A program made the translations under genes and the position numbers. DNA of 64,000 bases from Myxococcota bacterium (GTDB lineage Bacteria > Myxococcota_A > SURF-8). The notes beneath the pieces are model-generated. The model saw only the letters and a program-made list of their open reading frames with translations. It did not search any database and had not been told where the DNA came from. This document shows positions 28,010-37,921 of this stretch, in pieces. Location of the stretch: NCBI GenBank assembly GCA_965140415.1, contig OZ223209.1, forward strand, positions 3,040,001 through 3,104,000, in the 5' to 3' direction. Every line of letters starts with the position of its first letter. Position 1 is the first letter of the stretch.

Positions 28010-29908
28010 TTACTTGATATCTAGGTTCATCAGAGACAAGGCCGGTATATAGGAGACCAACAACACACCGATAAGCCAGATCAGAATAAATGGCAAGGTG
28101 GAACGATAAATCAAGGTAAGTGGCTTATTGAATGTGTAGGAAGACATAAAGAGGTTCATGCCAACCGGAGGAGTTAGAAAGCCGATTTCCATATTGACGA
28201 GGAAGATGATTCCGAAATGGATAGGATGGATATGGTAAAAGGGTAGCATCGGAGCGATGAGGGGAACGACGACGATAATGGCGCTGACAATATCCATCAA
28301 ACTCCCGACAACCAGAAGTAACAAATTCAAAACCAGCAGGAATATCAATGGATTGTGAATGCTGGCCTGGACCCAGTCGGCAATCTGTTCTGCAATCATT
28401 TCATCGACCAGGTACTGGGTGAAGCCCTTGGCCAGGCCGATGATAATCAGGATACCGCCGGAAAGCAGGATGCCTTGTTTGGTTGCGTTATACAGACCTT
28501 GCCGGATATTGAAATCCCGATGGACGAGCACTTCGATCACGATGGCGTATAATGCGGTAACGGCAGCCGATTCCACCAGAGTCATCAGACCACCGAAAAT
28601 CCCACCCAATACGATCAAGGGAAGCGCCAACTCCCACTTGGCAATCCAGGCCGTGCGAAGGATTTCACGCCAATCGAATGGCGTTCGCGGCACCTTGGAA
28701 AGTCCCGCCTGGAAAATCGAATAGACCATAATCAGAAAAATCAACAAGGCGCCGGGAACGAGTCCTGCGATGAACATCTTGTCTACGGGCTGAGCGAGTG
28801 TGACTCCGATCAGAATCACCGGAAGACAAGGCGGGAAAAGCATTCCAAGCGAACCGGCGGAAGTCAGCAATCCGAGAGAAAAGCGCTCGGGGTATGAATT
28901 GCTAATAAGCAGCGGCATCAACAATGGACCCAACGCCAGAATCGTCACACCTGATGCGCCGGTAAAAGTCGTGAAGAAACCGAACAGCAGTGCCGTCGCG
29001 ATGGCAACACCACCCGGCATGGGACCGAATACCGCCCGGAAGAAATCGACCAGCCGTCGGGACGTGTTTCCGTATGCCAATACCGCACCTGCCAGGGTGA
29101 ACAAGGGAATGGCAGGCAGGAAAGGATTTGTAACGATCGTATAGGCCGCATCCGGGATGTCGATCAGCGCGGAAATCATTCCGCCGCTGACGATATAATA
29201 GAACAGTGCAGCCATGCCACCCATTAAGATGAAGATGGGTGCCCCGAAAACGACAGCCGTGAGAATCAGAAGAATGCCGGGCCACAGCAGCCAGTCACGT
29301 TGACCTTCCGGAATCAGCGCCATCAATGGAACGATAGCAGCCAATGCCAGTATTCCGATGCGCCAGCGCCAGTTGGAACCGCCCTGGTATACAAAGCGTA
29401 GTGCGATCACCAAAAAAGACAGGGGGATCACGGCTTGTGCCAGCCAGATCGGAACGACTTGGGCAAAGCGCCCGTGACCTTCCATGCCGGTTTCAACCAA
29501 TAAATAGGCGGCATAGGCCAGAACCAGCAATAGTCCGACACTTGTCGAAGTTGAAAACAGTTTAAAGAGCTTGGACCATAAACCGAAATCGCGAGTCAAT
29601 AGAATCGTTTCGAAATGCAAATGACGATTTTCGCGGGCGGCGATGGCGGCAGCGGTGAATGTCAACAGCATAGTCCCATGCTGAATGGTCGTTTCCACAC
29701 CAAGCAGGCTGAATCCGGTGACTTTTCGGTAAATGATCTCCGCCAAAGGCAGAAGCATCATCGCTGCAATCAGCGCCATGGAAAGCAAGTCTTCCAGCAA
29801 ATATAAAACGCTTATCCATTTAGGAGGAAGCTTGGATTCTGCTTGCTGGTTTAAGTGACTTGCGGTTGTGCTCACAGTCGTTCCATCTATCCGATTTGAT
29901 GAGATCAC
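28010..29908 (-). CDS. TRAP transporter fused small+large permease (DctQM)
   Basis: Polytopic; HLHFE (DctQ-like), AIPLFTLAG, GMLFPP, EIGFLTPPVGMNLF (DctM). Confidence 0.9.
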   Translation of the reverse strand: MISSNRIDGTTVSTTASHLNQQAESKLPPKWISVLYLLEDLLSMALIAAMMLLPLAEIIYRKVTGFSLLGVETTIQHGTMLLTFTAAAIAARENRHLHFETILLTRDFGLWSKLFKLFSTSTSVGLLLVLAYAAYLLVETGMEGHGRFAQVVPIWLAQAVIPLSFLVIALRFVYQGGSNWRWRIGILALAAIVPLMALIPEGQRDWLLWPGILLILTAVVFGAPIFILMGGMAALFYYIVSGGMISALIDIPDAAYTIVTNPFLPAIPLFTLAGAVLAYGNTSRRLVDFFRAVFGPMPGGVAIATALLFGFFTTFTGASGVTILALGPLLMPLLISNSYPERFSLGLLTSAGSLGMLFPPCLPVILIGVTLAQPVDKMFIAGLVPGALLIFLIMVYSIFQAGLSKVPRTPFDWREILRTAWIAKWELALPLIVLGGIFGGLMTLVESAAVTALYAIVIEVLVHRDFNIRQGLYNATKQGILLSGGILIIIGLAKGFTQYLVDEMIAEQIADWVQASIHNPLIFLLVLNLLLLVVGSLMDIVSAIIVVVPLIAPMLPFYHIHPIHFGIIFLVNMEIGFLTPPVGMNLFMSSYTFNKPLTLIYRSTLPFILIWLIGVLLVSYIPALSLMNLDIK

Positions 29909-29936
29909 ATTCAGAGAAAAACCTTAAAAGATCGTG

Positions 29937-30995
29937 CTAAGGTTTCCCGGATGTTGCCAGACTCGTTGAAATCGTATCGAAAATCTCTGGAGGAACAATC
30001 TCTTTTCGAATGTAGCTCCATTGGCCTTGAATGGCGCTACGTAGTCTTTTTTCCTGTTCCGGGTCCAGATTATAGGTTTTCAGACCATGCTTTTTCATGG
30101 TTTCAATGGCATCCTGATCCATTTTGCGAATTCTCTCAAGATCCTGCTTCGCATATTTCTGCGCGATTTCTAACAGCTTCGGGTGCAATTCACTTGGAAT
30201 TTTATCCCATACCTGTTTTGAAATCAACGTCGCCCCTACCAACGGTGCAAGCTTGAATTCCAGCATGTAAGAAGCCAGCCCGAACCACTGCATGGCCAAC
30301 GATGCCAGCGGCGTTGCAAGGTATCCATCGATCAGGCCGGTCTGCAAGGAGGGCAGAATGTCGGCGGAATTGATTTCGATAGTATGCATGCCGATCTGTT
30401 GCCAGGCTTGCTTGCTCTTGGGATCACCGGCAGCAACGAAGAGCTTGCGTTGTTTCATTTCTTCCAGGGTTTTCGGCGGTTCTTTAAAGAAAAAACGCAC
30501 CCAGCCGGTGTCTCCATTCTGTAAAAGAATAAAGCCTTCTTTTTCCAGGCGTTTCGTGATGTCCGGCAGGATCTTCTGTGTCATCCGGTCCAGATCGTTT
30601 TCATTTTGAATGAGCAGAGGCACCTGCAAAGTAAGTAATGCCGGATCGATTTCACGAACGCTCAGCGACGTGATCGTCGCCGCCGAAAGTCTCCCCTGAC
30701 GCATTTTACGAACCAGGTCCAGTTCATTACCCAGAACGCCTCCGGGATAGATCTTCAACTGGACCAGCCCGTTAGATACCTGTTTCCATTCTTCACCCAT
30801 TTTTTTCAGCGAGTCGTACCATGGCGATCCTTTCGGTGCCAGAGTACCCAGCTTGACCACAACGCGACCGCCCATGGTTTCGGCCTGACTTTGCGAAGCA
30901 TTGCCGAGTGTCAGAGCGAGGGTCAATAACAGTACGAGCGTGACACGGAATAAAAGCGATCTCGTAACGCTGATGGTTCTATTGATATCGATCAT
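29937..30995 (-). CDS. dctP: TRAP substrate-binding protein (TPAT-type DctP)
   Basis: KLGTLAPKGSPW, IYPGGVLGNE, SLQTGLID. Confidence 0.9.
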   Translation of the reverse strand: MIDINRTISVTRSLLFRVTLVLLLTLALTLGNASQSQAETMGGRVVVKLGTLAPKGSPWYDSLKKMGEEWKQVSNGLVQLKIYPGGVLGNELDLVRKMRQGRLSAATITSLSVREIDPALLTLQVPLLIQNENDLDRMTQKILPDITKRLEKEGFILLQNGDTGWVRFFFKEPPKTLEEMKQRKLFVAAGDPKSKQAWQQIGMHTIEINSADILPSLQTGLIDGYLATPLASLAMQWFGLASYMLEFKLAPLVGATLISKQVWDKIPSELHPKLLEIAQKYAKQDLERIRKMDQDAIETMKKHGLKTYNLDPEQEKRLRSAIQGQWSYIRKEIVPPEIFDTISTSLATSGKP

Positions 30996-31011
30996 TCACG
31001 TGAGCCTTTCA

Positions 31012-31947
31012 TCAATCCAAAAACAGGTCATCCAAATGATTGAGAAGCCAGACTGCGCGCCTTTTTGCGATCTCATTCGCCAAACGGTCGGAGGAGTCGG
31101 TTGCAACTTCCACAGCCAGGCATTTATTACAGAGTGCAATGAATTCATCCTTGTCCTGTCGTTGCAGGGCAAAGCCTTCCGCCCATGCCAGGTACAAGGA
31201 AGCATGTTTTCCTTCCGAAAGCGCCAATGCTTTTTCATAGCAAGGACGAGCAACAGCCTCCCCACCACCCATTGTTTCACCCACTGCCGAATAGTAGGAG
31301 ATCAGTGCCTCTTGTATCGTGCCTCGTCCCCAGTCCGGTTCCAGTGTCGCCGCGCGCTGTAGCATCAAACCAACTTCGGATAGACGCTGGATCATATCCG
31401 TGTCCATGCCACTGGTTTTAATGGCCATTGCCAATGCCGCCGCATACCAGTACAACTGGGGAACATCTTCTTTCTCAAGCAACGCCAACGCTGCCTCGAT
31501 GCCATCTCTCTGCAATACGAGAGGGTATTCCGGCTTGGATAATTCCAGCCCGCGCGCTCCATAATCCATTGCGCGGAGAAACAGTTTGTGCGCGCGCTGT
31601 TTCATCTGCTGCGATTGGTTGAAGTCTTTGTTTTCCATTTGATCGGCTGGCCACAAGACCCAGCCATAGGCATATTGAACGAAACCGCTGCAAAGAGCCA
31701 GGTGCAGTCCTTTATGATCGGGAGTCGCGGAACGAACGGATTCCATCAGCTTTAACGCAAAGGGCAGGGCGTCTCCCACCAGTTCTGGGTCGTCGTCGGC
31801 GCTGAAAGAAGTGCCCTGGCCGCTTAAGGCATCGGCCACGGATTCCATCGCCATTTTACGGATAGAGCATCCCGAAAGCGCCAATAACGCAGAGAGCAAC
31901 ACCACCCACCAAAATGTCGTTAACGCCATACGCATGTTCATTCCCAA
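31012..31947 (-). CDS. TRAP transporter TatT component lipoprotein
   Basis: Lipobox LSG-C; DDDPELVGDALPFALK, GFVQYAY; helical; directly upstream of dctP. Confidence 0.85.
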   Translation of the reverse strand: MGMNMRMALTTFWWVVLLSALLALSGCSIRKMAMESVADALSGQGTSFSADDDPELVGDALPFALKLMESVRSATPDHKGLHLALCSGFVQYAYGWVLWPADQMENKDFNQSQQMKQRAHKLFLRAMDYGARGLELSKPEYPLVLQRDGIEAALALLEKEDVPQLYWYAAALAMAIKTSGMDTDMIQRLSEVGLMLQRAATLEPDWGRGTIQEALISYYSAVGETMGGGEAVARPCYEKALALSEGKHASLYLAWAEGFALQRQDKDEFIALCNKCLAVEVATDSSDRLANEIAKRRAVWLLNHLDDLFLD

Positions 31948-32123
31948 TCCGTCTTCGTACTATCCTTACAAACTAAACACGGCTGTCTAATCTTGTCAAG
32001 TCATCACATATCGCAACAAACGGAAAAAGAGCTAAAAGGGCGAAAGTGAACAGCACGTAACAGCTTACTTCGAATGAAAGCCTTATGTCCCCTCAAAATG
32101 TGTCGTAACGTTTTTTTAACCGA

Positions 32124-34412
32124 TTACTTTGCCAGTGGCGCAAAACTCGGTTCACGACCTTCCCGAATGGTCAGATGGTAATTGGCTGGAACGTCCTGCC
32201 AGCTTTGAGTGCTTAACTCCGAGTTGGGCCAGCGAATCTCCAATTCGTCGATCACACAGGCCTCTCCCAGACCGATAGTCAATGGCAACTCGGACTGCAT
32301 CCCGAAATGGCCGTAGCCGGCTTGAATCCATTCGGTCTGGACACGATCTCCCGTGCGCACTTTGACACGCGCCCCAATGGCGCTGGCGTTGGCAAAACCT
32401 TCGCCTTTGCCCTTCAAGGTCAGGCGGATCGCATTGGAATTCTGGCCGACATCGTTTCGGAAGTAATGCACTTCGGGGGTGCTGTAGGGACTTTCGCGCA
32501 TCGTGCTGGAACCGATGATCAAATCCAGATCGCCGTCCCGGTCGAAGTCGCTGGCCACGATTCCCAAAGCCCGAGCGTGCTTGACACCGCTGAGGTCCGA
32601 AACGTCTTCGAAATGAGAATCGGAAGTCTGATGATATAGTAGCCCGAAGGTGTTGGGGTAATCCGAACTGGCGATGTACAGATCCGGGTAGCCGTCCAGG
32701 TCGAAGTCGAAACGTGCCGGAGTAATGTCGCCTTCGTTCCAGTCCACACCGATATGGGTGCGATTCAATCCCGTGTATTCTCTGCCCGGACGAGTAAACA
32801 GAATGCTGTCCTGGGTGGACCAGTTGGTCAACAACTGACTCGGATCGCTGGATTGTCCGATATGCCAATGCTGAATTTCGGCGTTGAACAGATCCGGCAA
32901 ACCATCACCTGTCCAGTCGCCGCAGATCGTACTGAAGGTATTGCCACCCAAGCGCCAGGACTTGGCGTCGGAGGAATTCCAGTAGCCATCTGCTGGAGAA
33001 GGACATTGAATGCGAGGCTGGCTCGTAGCCGGGTCGCAAGTATGAAGCGTGCAGTAACATTTATAGAATTCGTTGTCGGTATAATCTTCGTTCTCGTCGC
33101 TGGCGAAACCGCTGGATACGCCGACGTCTTCAAAGCTGTCGCCTTTATTCCACCACAACTCGTTGAACTGGCGGCCATAGGAACTACCGATCAAATCGGG
33201 ATCACCGTCGTCATCGACGTCGCAAACCGTTACGCCGTAGCTCGGCTTGTGATTCGTTCCGGCGTCGTAATTGTAATCCGTCGTCAAGCCGTAGGCGTCG
33301 GTTTGATCCGTAAAGGTGCCATCGCCATTGCCGATGTAAAGCCGGTTCTGCAAAGCCCCCAGAAAACCGTAATTGATGTACCAGAAGCCGACCCACAGAT
33401 CCAGGATGCCGTCGCGGTTGACATCCACAAACGACGCGCCGGTGGTAGACCAAAGGTCCGCTGCGCCTGGAGTCGTATCGGAAGCTTCGGCAAAAGCGAA
33501 ATTGGCCTCGCCATCGTTAAGCAGGATTTCGGAACGATCTCCCGGATCGGTTTGAGGATTGTTGGCATCGACATAGGTGCCGCTGAACGCATCCAGGCTG
33601 CCATTGTTATCCACATCGGCGAAAATCGCGAACTGGGAAGAACGTCCCAGGCTGTTGTCGCGTGTGGCGGTAAAACCGGAACTGTTCGTGACGTCCACAA
33701 ACATGCGTCCGCCATCGGATTTACTTGGATCGGGACGATTGAGCAGCAGGTGTTTGCGAATCACCTGCGGATCGGAAAGCAGGTTGTCGCGAGCATTGGA
33801 GTTTACGGTATGTACCAGCAGATCGGGATAGCCGTCGCCATCGAAATCGGCGGAAGCAATACGATTGCCGATCAATGCCAATCCGTCTGCTCCCAATCCG
33901 ATTTCATCCGTAATGTCGGTGAAAAATGGACCATCTCCCAAGGCTTCCGGCGTTTTACAGATTGGAGTAGGGAATTCCATGTCGCCATCGATGACATCAT
34001 CATCTCCATCCGCCTGATCGCCATCGACAATCGTGTCTCCATCCGCCGTGTCACCGTCTGTAGAATCTCCATCGGCAACGTCACCATCTGTTGTATCGCC
34101 GTCAGCAACATCGCCATCCATTTTGTCTCCATCAATCGAATCCCCGTCTGTCGCGTCGGAATCGCCAGAGAGACAATTCTCACATTCTCCCCAGCCGGTT
34201 CCGAAAGAATTGCATTTCTGCTGGCTTTCTTCACCGTTTGGACAAATGCAGCTTCGCACCTGCAAGGGTTCGCAAACTTTCTCAGTATCGGCCATTTCGC
34301 TGTCGCCATCCGACGAATCTCCATCCGTAATCGGATCGTCATCTCCGCCACATCCGGCGAATGCAAAGGAAAGACCTAAAAGAATCAACATCATTAGTAA
34401 GCAACGCGGCAT
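32124..34412 (-). CDS. CRTAC1/ASPIC-UnbV (FG-GAP repeat) lipoprotein with DGD tether
   Basis: FAG-C; DFDGDGYPDL-type repeats; NASAIGARV..GLG..EIRWP. Confidence 0.88.
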   Translation of the reverse strand: MPRCLLMMLILLGLSFAFAGCGGDDDPITDGDSSDGDSEMADTEKVCEPLQVRSCICPNGEESQQKCNSFGTGWGECENCLSGDSDATDGDSIDGDKMDGDVADGDTTDGDVADGDSTDGDTADGDTIVDGDQADGDDDVIDGDMEFPTPICKTPEALGDGPFFTDITDEIGLGADGLALIGNRIASADFDGDGYPDLLVHTVNSNARDNLLSDPQVIRKHLLLNRPDPSKSDGGRMFVDVTNSSGFTATRDNSLGRSSQFAIFADVDNNGSLDAFSGTYVDANNPQTDPGDRSEILLNDGEANFAFAEASDTTPGAADLWSTTGASFVDVNRDGILDLWVGFWYINYGFLGALQNRLYIGNGDGTFTDQTDAYGLTTDYNYDAGTNHKPSYGVTVCDVDDDGDPDLIGSSYGRQFNELWWNKGDSFEDVGVSSGFASDENEDYTDNEFYKCYCTLHTCDPATSQPRIQCPSPADGYWNSSDAKSWRLGGNTFSTICGDWTGDGLPDLFNAEIQHWHIGQSSDPSQLLTNWSTQDSILFTRPGREYTGLNRTHIGVDWNEGDITPARFDFDLDGYPDLYIASSDYPNTFGLLYHQTSDSHFEDVSDLSGVKHARALGIVASDFDRDGDLDLIIGSSTMRESPYSTPEVHYFRNDVGQNSNAIRLTLKGKGEGFANASAIGARVKVRTGDRVQTEWIQAGYGHFGMQSELPLTIGLGEACVIDELEIRWPNSELSTQSWQDVPANYHLTIREGREPSFAPLAK

Positions 34413-34683
34413 CGTCCATCTCCATCAGAAAAGGGCAAAAACGCAGGAAGTGTAATCGTTTGTCGTTAGAAAATCAACCGTTTCCGTTAGAAACAATTTG
34501 CGAAAAGACCGGGTATGCCATCTGAAATACAAAACGATGTAATTCAATATTATCTTATTGACATTCGATAATGTATTGTTGTATTATAATTTCACCTGAG
34601 GATGTGCCACAAAAGCTGAAAACCGATCTGGCAACGCAAGAAACTAGTTTATACGCCATCATTGCCTGTAAAGGAGAGGATTA

Positions 34684-37338
34684 ATGAGGACAAAAGGCGA
34701 GCGGGAACAGAGAAATGGTATGAAATGGATAGCCCCAATTCTGCTGGTGCTTCTCCTGTTCTTTCCTGGTTGCTCCGATAGCGAAGATAGCGACCTGTTG
34801 CCGGATGGAGACAATGAAATTTCAGACGTGGAGCAGGATTCCGACGATTTCATCGACGGCGATTTCACGGATGGCGATGTGATCGATGGCGATACCACAG
34901 ATGGCGACATGGTTGATGGCGATGCTTCCGACGGCGATCTCGTAGATGGAGATCTTGTTGATGGTGATACCGCCGATGGAGATCTGATCACGGATGGCGA
35001 CCAGTCGGATGGAGATGTTATCGACGGCGATCTTGAAGCGGATCTTGAACCCGATGATAATCCTTTCGGATTCCCGGAAGAGTTTTTAAATCAAGTCGTT
35101 CCCTGGCAGTATTGCGATTTATACGATGATCCTGCTACAGGCAGCGGTACCGCCGAGTGTGCGGATGTGCGAGTGCCTTTGTTTTACGATGACGGCTCTC
35201 GCGATGACAGTGAAATCACGATTCATATCAAACGGTTAAAGGCTGGATTGTTCCCTGCCCGTCAGATCTGGCTGCTTCAGGGCGGTCCAGGAGCAGCAGG
35301 AACGACCGATTTTCCCTTTTTCATGGAACAACTGATCGAGGCCGATCCTGGGATTGAAGTCTATGCTGTGGATCATCGTGGAACGGGATATTCCGCTCGT
35401 ATGGGATGCCCGGAGCAGGAAGCGGAAGATTCGGAATGGGGTTACTTTATTTCGGAAGCCGAATGGCCTGCCTGCATCGAATACCTTAAAAACGACTGGC
35501 TGCCGACGGATGCTTTTACCGTCACCAACGCCGCGACGGATGTGGCGCTGTTAGCGGAAATCATGAAGAAACCGGGAGTCGATCGCTTTATCTACGGCGT
35601 TTCTTATGGAAGTTACTGGGTGCATCGTTATGCTCAATTATACCCGGATCAGGTTCAGGGCGTGATTATGGATTCGGTCGCGCCGACAGACGAAACCTAC
35701 CTGGATCACTATGATATTCTTGGCAATACAACGATTCAGCAGTTTTTCGGAATGTGCGCCGAAGACACCTTGTGTCATGAAAAAATGGGAGACGATCCCT
35801 ATCAGAAAGCCTTGGATGCCCTGGATAACTTCCGTAATAACGATCATTGCTCCGAATTGCAAACAAATTATGGAATTACGCCGGAATACATCCAGATGCT
35901 AGGCTTCAGTCTGGGCATGAGTTGGTATGGCCGTGTGCTGGTGCCGGCACTATTTTATCGGCTGGATCGCTGCAACGACGATGATGTCGTCGCGATTTAC
36001 AATGCAGTATTTCAAGTTCTGGGAAGCTCGGATACCGTTTCTGCACACGATCGTCAGAACAGCTCGGCCTTGGGACGTCATATCGGAACTTCCGAATTGA
36101 CGAGCCAGGATGGAACGACGGTAGCCGAAATGACGACGATTTATGAAAGCCTGCTGGTTCAGCTCGGAGTCGGAAGACGCATGCTGCAATTCCCCGATAC
36201 ATGGCCTCACTACACGCCCGATAGTTATTTCAAGCAATGGGCGTCGCAGGATGTTCCACTGTTGATGATGAACGGCACTTTGGATCTGCAAACCCCGATC
36301 GAGATCGCCGATAATGCCGAGCAGAATCTGACCGGCGAGCATCAATATTTCGTGACGATTCCCAACGGAAATCATGGCGTTGTCAGTTCTTCTCCCGTAC
36401 AGAGCGACGGTGGGTACGACTGCGGCTTCCAGATCCTGGTGGATTACTTGAAGCACCCTTTGCAACAGCCTGATACTACTTGTCTTTCGGATCTCAAGCC
36501 AATCGACTTTACCGGTGAAATCGCTTATAGCCAATACTATTTCGGAGAAACGGATATCTGGGAAAAAGCCCAGGTGCCGCTGGATTGCAGCCTGCCGGAA
36601 GATTATTTCAACGCTCGCACGGATAGTCATTTTATTTTCAGCTATCGCGGTTTTCTCAGCAGCTGGTCTCCAGGCTGGACGGAAACCGACGTCATGCTGG
36701 ATGGCCAGGTTTATCAAGCGGATAGCTATGCCGCCAATGCAAGTCGAACGACCACTCAATCCGGCCTGCCGGTTGTACACCTTGAGCATTACGGACAAAT
36801 AAACCAGATTTCGCCGGGATACCTGCAATATCTTTACAGCTCATTGGATATTCCGTTAAATCAGCTTACTTCGTTGAAGCAAAGCGGAGAACATCAATTG
36901 GACTTTGCCGCCAATCTGACCGCTTATTTGCAGACCGTCGTTCAGCTTCAGGAAAAGCGTATCGATGATGATACGAATTACAAATACTGCCCGGTCGCCG
37001 TTTCCGATGTAAATGCTGATAATTCCTCGCTTTACGTCTGCCATGAGGGCAATCTCTCATTCGCGAACGGCGAATTGATACAGTTTGCAGGCAACACCAC
37101 CTTAACAACAGACACGGATGCCATCGAAAGCGTTTTCCAATTGGGCGCGCCCTGCACCTGCTGGAAAAATAACAATCAAGCGTTAAGCTGCGATGCATTC
37201 GACGCCATCGATATGGGATCGACAAAGAGTTCCGAGCGTGACCAGATATATTTCGTAAAACCGGTCCTTCCTGTTCCAGAATGGGCTGGGTTTCCTAACG
37301 AGAAAACGAAGTTATCGAGGCAAATACCACCACTCTGA
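34684..37338 (+). CDS. TAP-like (peptidase S33) alpha/beta hydrolase lipoprotein with DGD tether and extra C-terminal domain
   Basis: FPG-C; QGGPG, DHRGTG, GVSYG, DLQTP, GNHG; alternative start 34720. Confidence 0.85.
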   Translation: MRTKGEREQRNGMKWIAPILLVLLLFFPGCSDSEDSDLLPDGDNEISDVEQDSDDFIDGDFTDGDVIDGDTTDGDMVDGDASDGDLVDGDLVDGDTADGDLITDGDQSDGDVIDGDLEADLEPDDNPFGFPEEFLNQVVPWQYCDLYDDPATGSGTAECADVRVPLFYDDGSRDDSEITIHIKRLKAGLFPARQIWLLQGGPGAAGTTDFPFFMEQLIEADPGIEVYAVDHRGTGYSARMGCPEQEAEDSEWGYFISEAEWPACIEYLKNDWLPTDAFTVTNAATDVALLAEIMKKPGVDRFIYGVSYGSYWVHRYAQLYPDQVQGVIMDSVAPTDETYLDHYDILGNTTIQQFFGMCAEDTLCHEKMGDDPYQKALDALDNFRNNDHCSELQTNYGITPEYIQMLGFSLGMSWYGRVLVPALFYRLDRCNDDDVVAIYNAVFQVLGSSDTVSAHDRQNSSALGRHIGTSELTSQDGTTVAEMTTIYESLLVQLGVGRRMLQFPDTWPHYTPDSYFKQWASQDVPLLMMNGTLDLQTPIEIADNAEQNLTGEHQYFVTIPNGNHGVVSSSPVQSDGGYDCGFQILVDYLKHPLQQPDTTCLSDLKPIDFTGEIAYSQYYFGETDIWEKAQVPLDCSLPEDYFNARTDSHFIFSYRGFLSSWSPGWTETDVMLDGQVYQADSYAANASRTTTQSGLPVVHLEHYGQINQISPGYLQYLYSSLDIPLNQLTSLKQSGEHQLDFAANLTAYLQTVVQLQEKRIDDDTNYKYCPVAVSDVNADNSSLYVCHEGNLSFANGELIQFAGNTTLTTDTDAIESVFQLGAPCTCWKNNNQALSCDAFDAIDMGSTKSSERDQIYFVKPVLPVPEWAGFPNEKTKLSRQIPPL

Positions 37339-37362
37339 AAAGTAAGTCACGCTTGGTGAAAG

Positions 37363-37396
37363 ACGGGCCGTTTCGGGGGGAACGGCCCGTTCTTTT
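37363..37396 (+). terminator. Rho-independent terminator
   Basis: ACGGGCCGTT / AACGGCCCGT stem then TCTTTT. Confidence 0.85.
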
Positions 37397-37424
37397 ATGC
37401 GGTTACAACCTTGGCCGCTTTGGC

Positions 37425-37618
37425 ACGGTAACGCACGTAAACGAGCACCAAAAGGCCCCTAAATGACCGAAGAGCGACAGTGCTTCCTGGTGCAGCATGA
37501 GGCAGCACGCCGCAGCGAAGGGCCCCATCCAGCCGCACCAGGCAACATGCGCGAACAGCCCACTGGTTGTTTACGGTCTTTTAGCGGTTATGTACTGTTC
37601 GTTTAGCGGTCGTTTAGC
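37425..37618. repeat. Two inverted arrays of degenerate 11-bp repeats (consensus ~GGTCGTTTAGC) around a 96-bp spacer
   Basis: Five units at 37565-37618; three to four reverse-complement units at 37425-37468; inner IR CCTGGTGC/GCACCAGG. Confidence 0.7.
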
Positions 37619-37747
37619 GTCCAATATCGCCGTTTGCCGCCGCCTTCGGCGCTATGGAGATGGTTTTGTGAGATTACGATCTGCTTTTTGACGATCTTCT
37701 CTCGCTAATCGTGAGCAGACCAAGTGAGATACTTGCAAGATTTTCGT

Positions 37748-37898
37748 GTAGTTCGGATTCAGTGAATCCGACATTTCTAATTGGTGTCGGGCAAGACATT
37801 TGCCCGACCTACTATAGATACAATTGTATCATATCGATATCAATCTCAACTGCTCCAACGGAACACTCAATGTCGGACAAGAATTTTGTCCGACCTAC
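37748..37898. repeat. Cluster of three GTAG-type REP hairpins (one +, two -); the first two form an inverted REPIN-like doublet
   Basis: GTAGTTCGGATTCAGTGAATCCGACA (37748-73); TGTCGGGCAAGACATTTGCCCGACCTAC (37785-812); TGTCGGACAAGAATTTTGTCCGACCTAC (37871-98). Confidence 0.85.
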
Positions 37899-37921
37899 AA
37901 TTGGTGCCGCTATGTATCGTA

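Noticed and set aside
32754-34379. 541-aa + strand ORF
   Set aside because: Antisense shadow of the ASPIC/UnbV gene
37400-37650. Integron attC site or sigma54 promoter (TGGCACGGTAACGCA)
   Set aside because: No RYYYAAC/GTTRRRY core pair and no integrase; GG-GC spacing is 9, not 10
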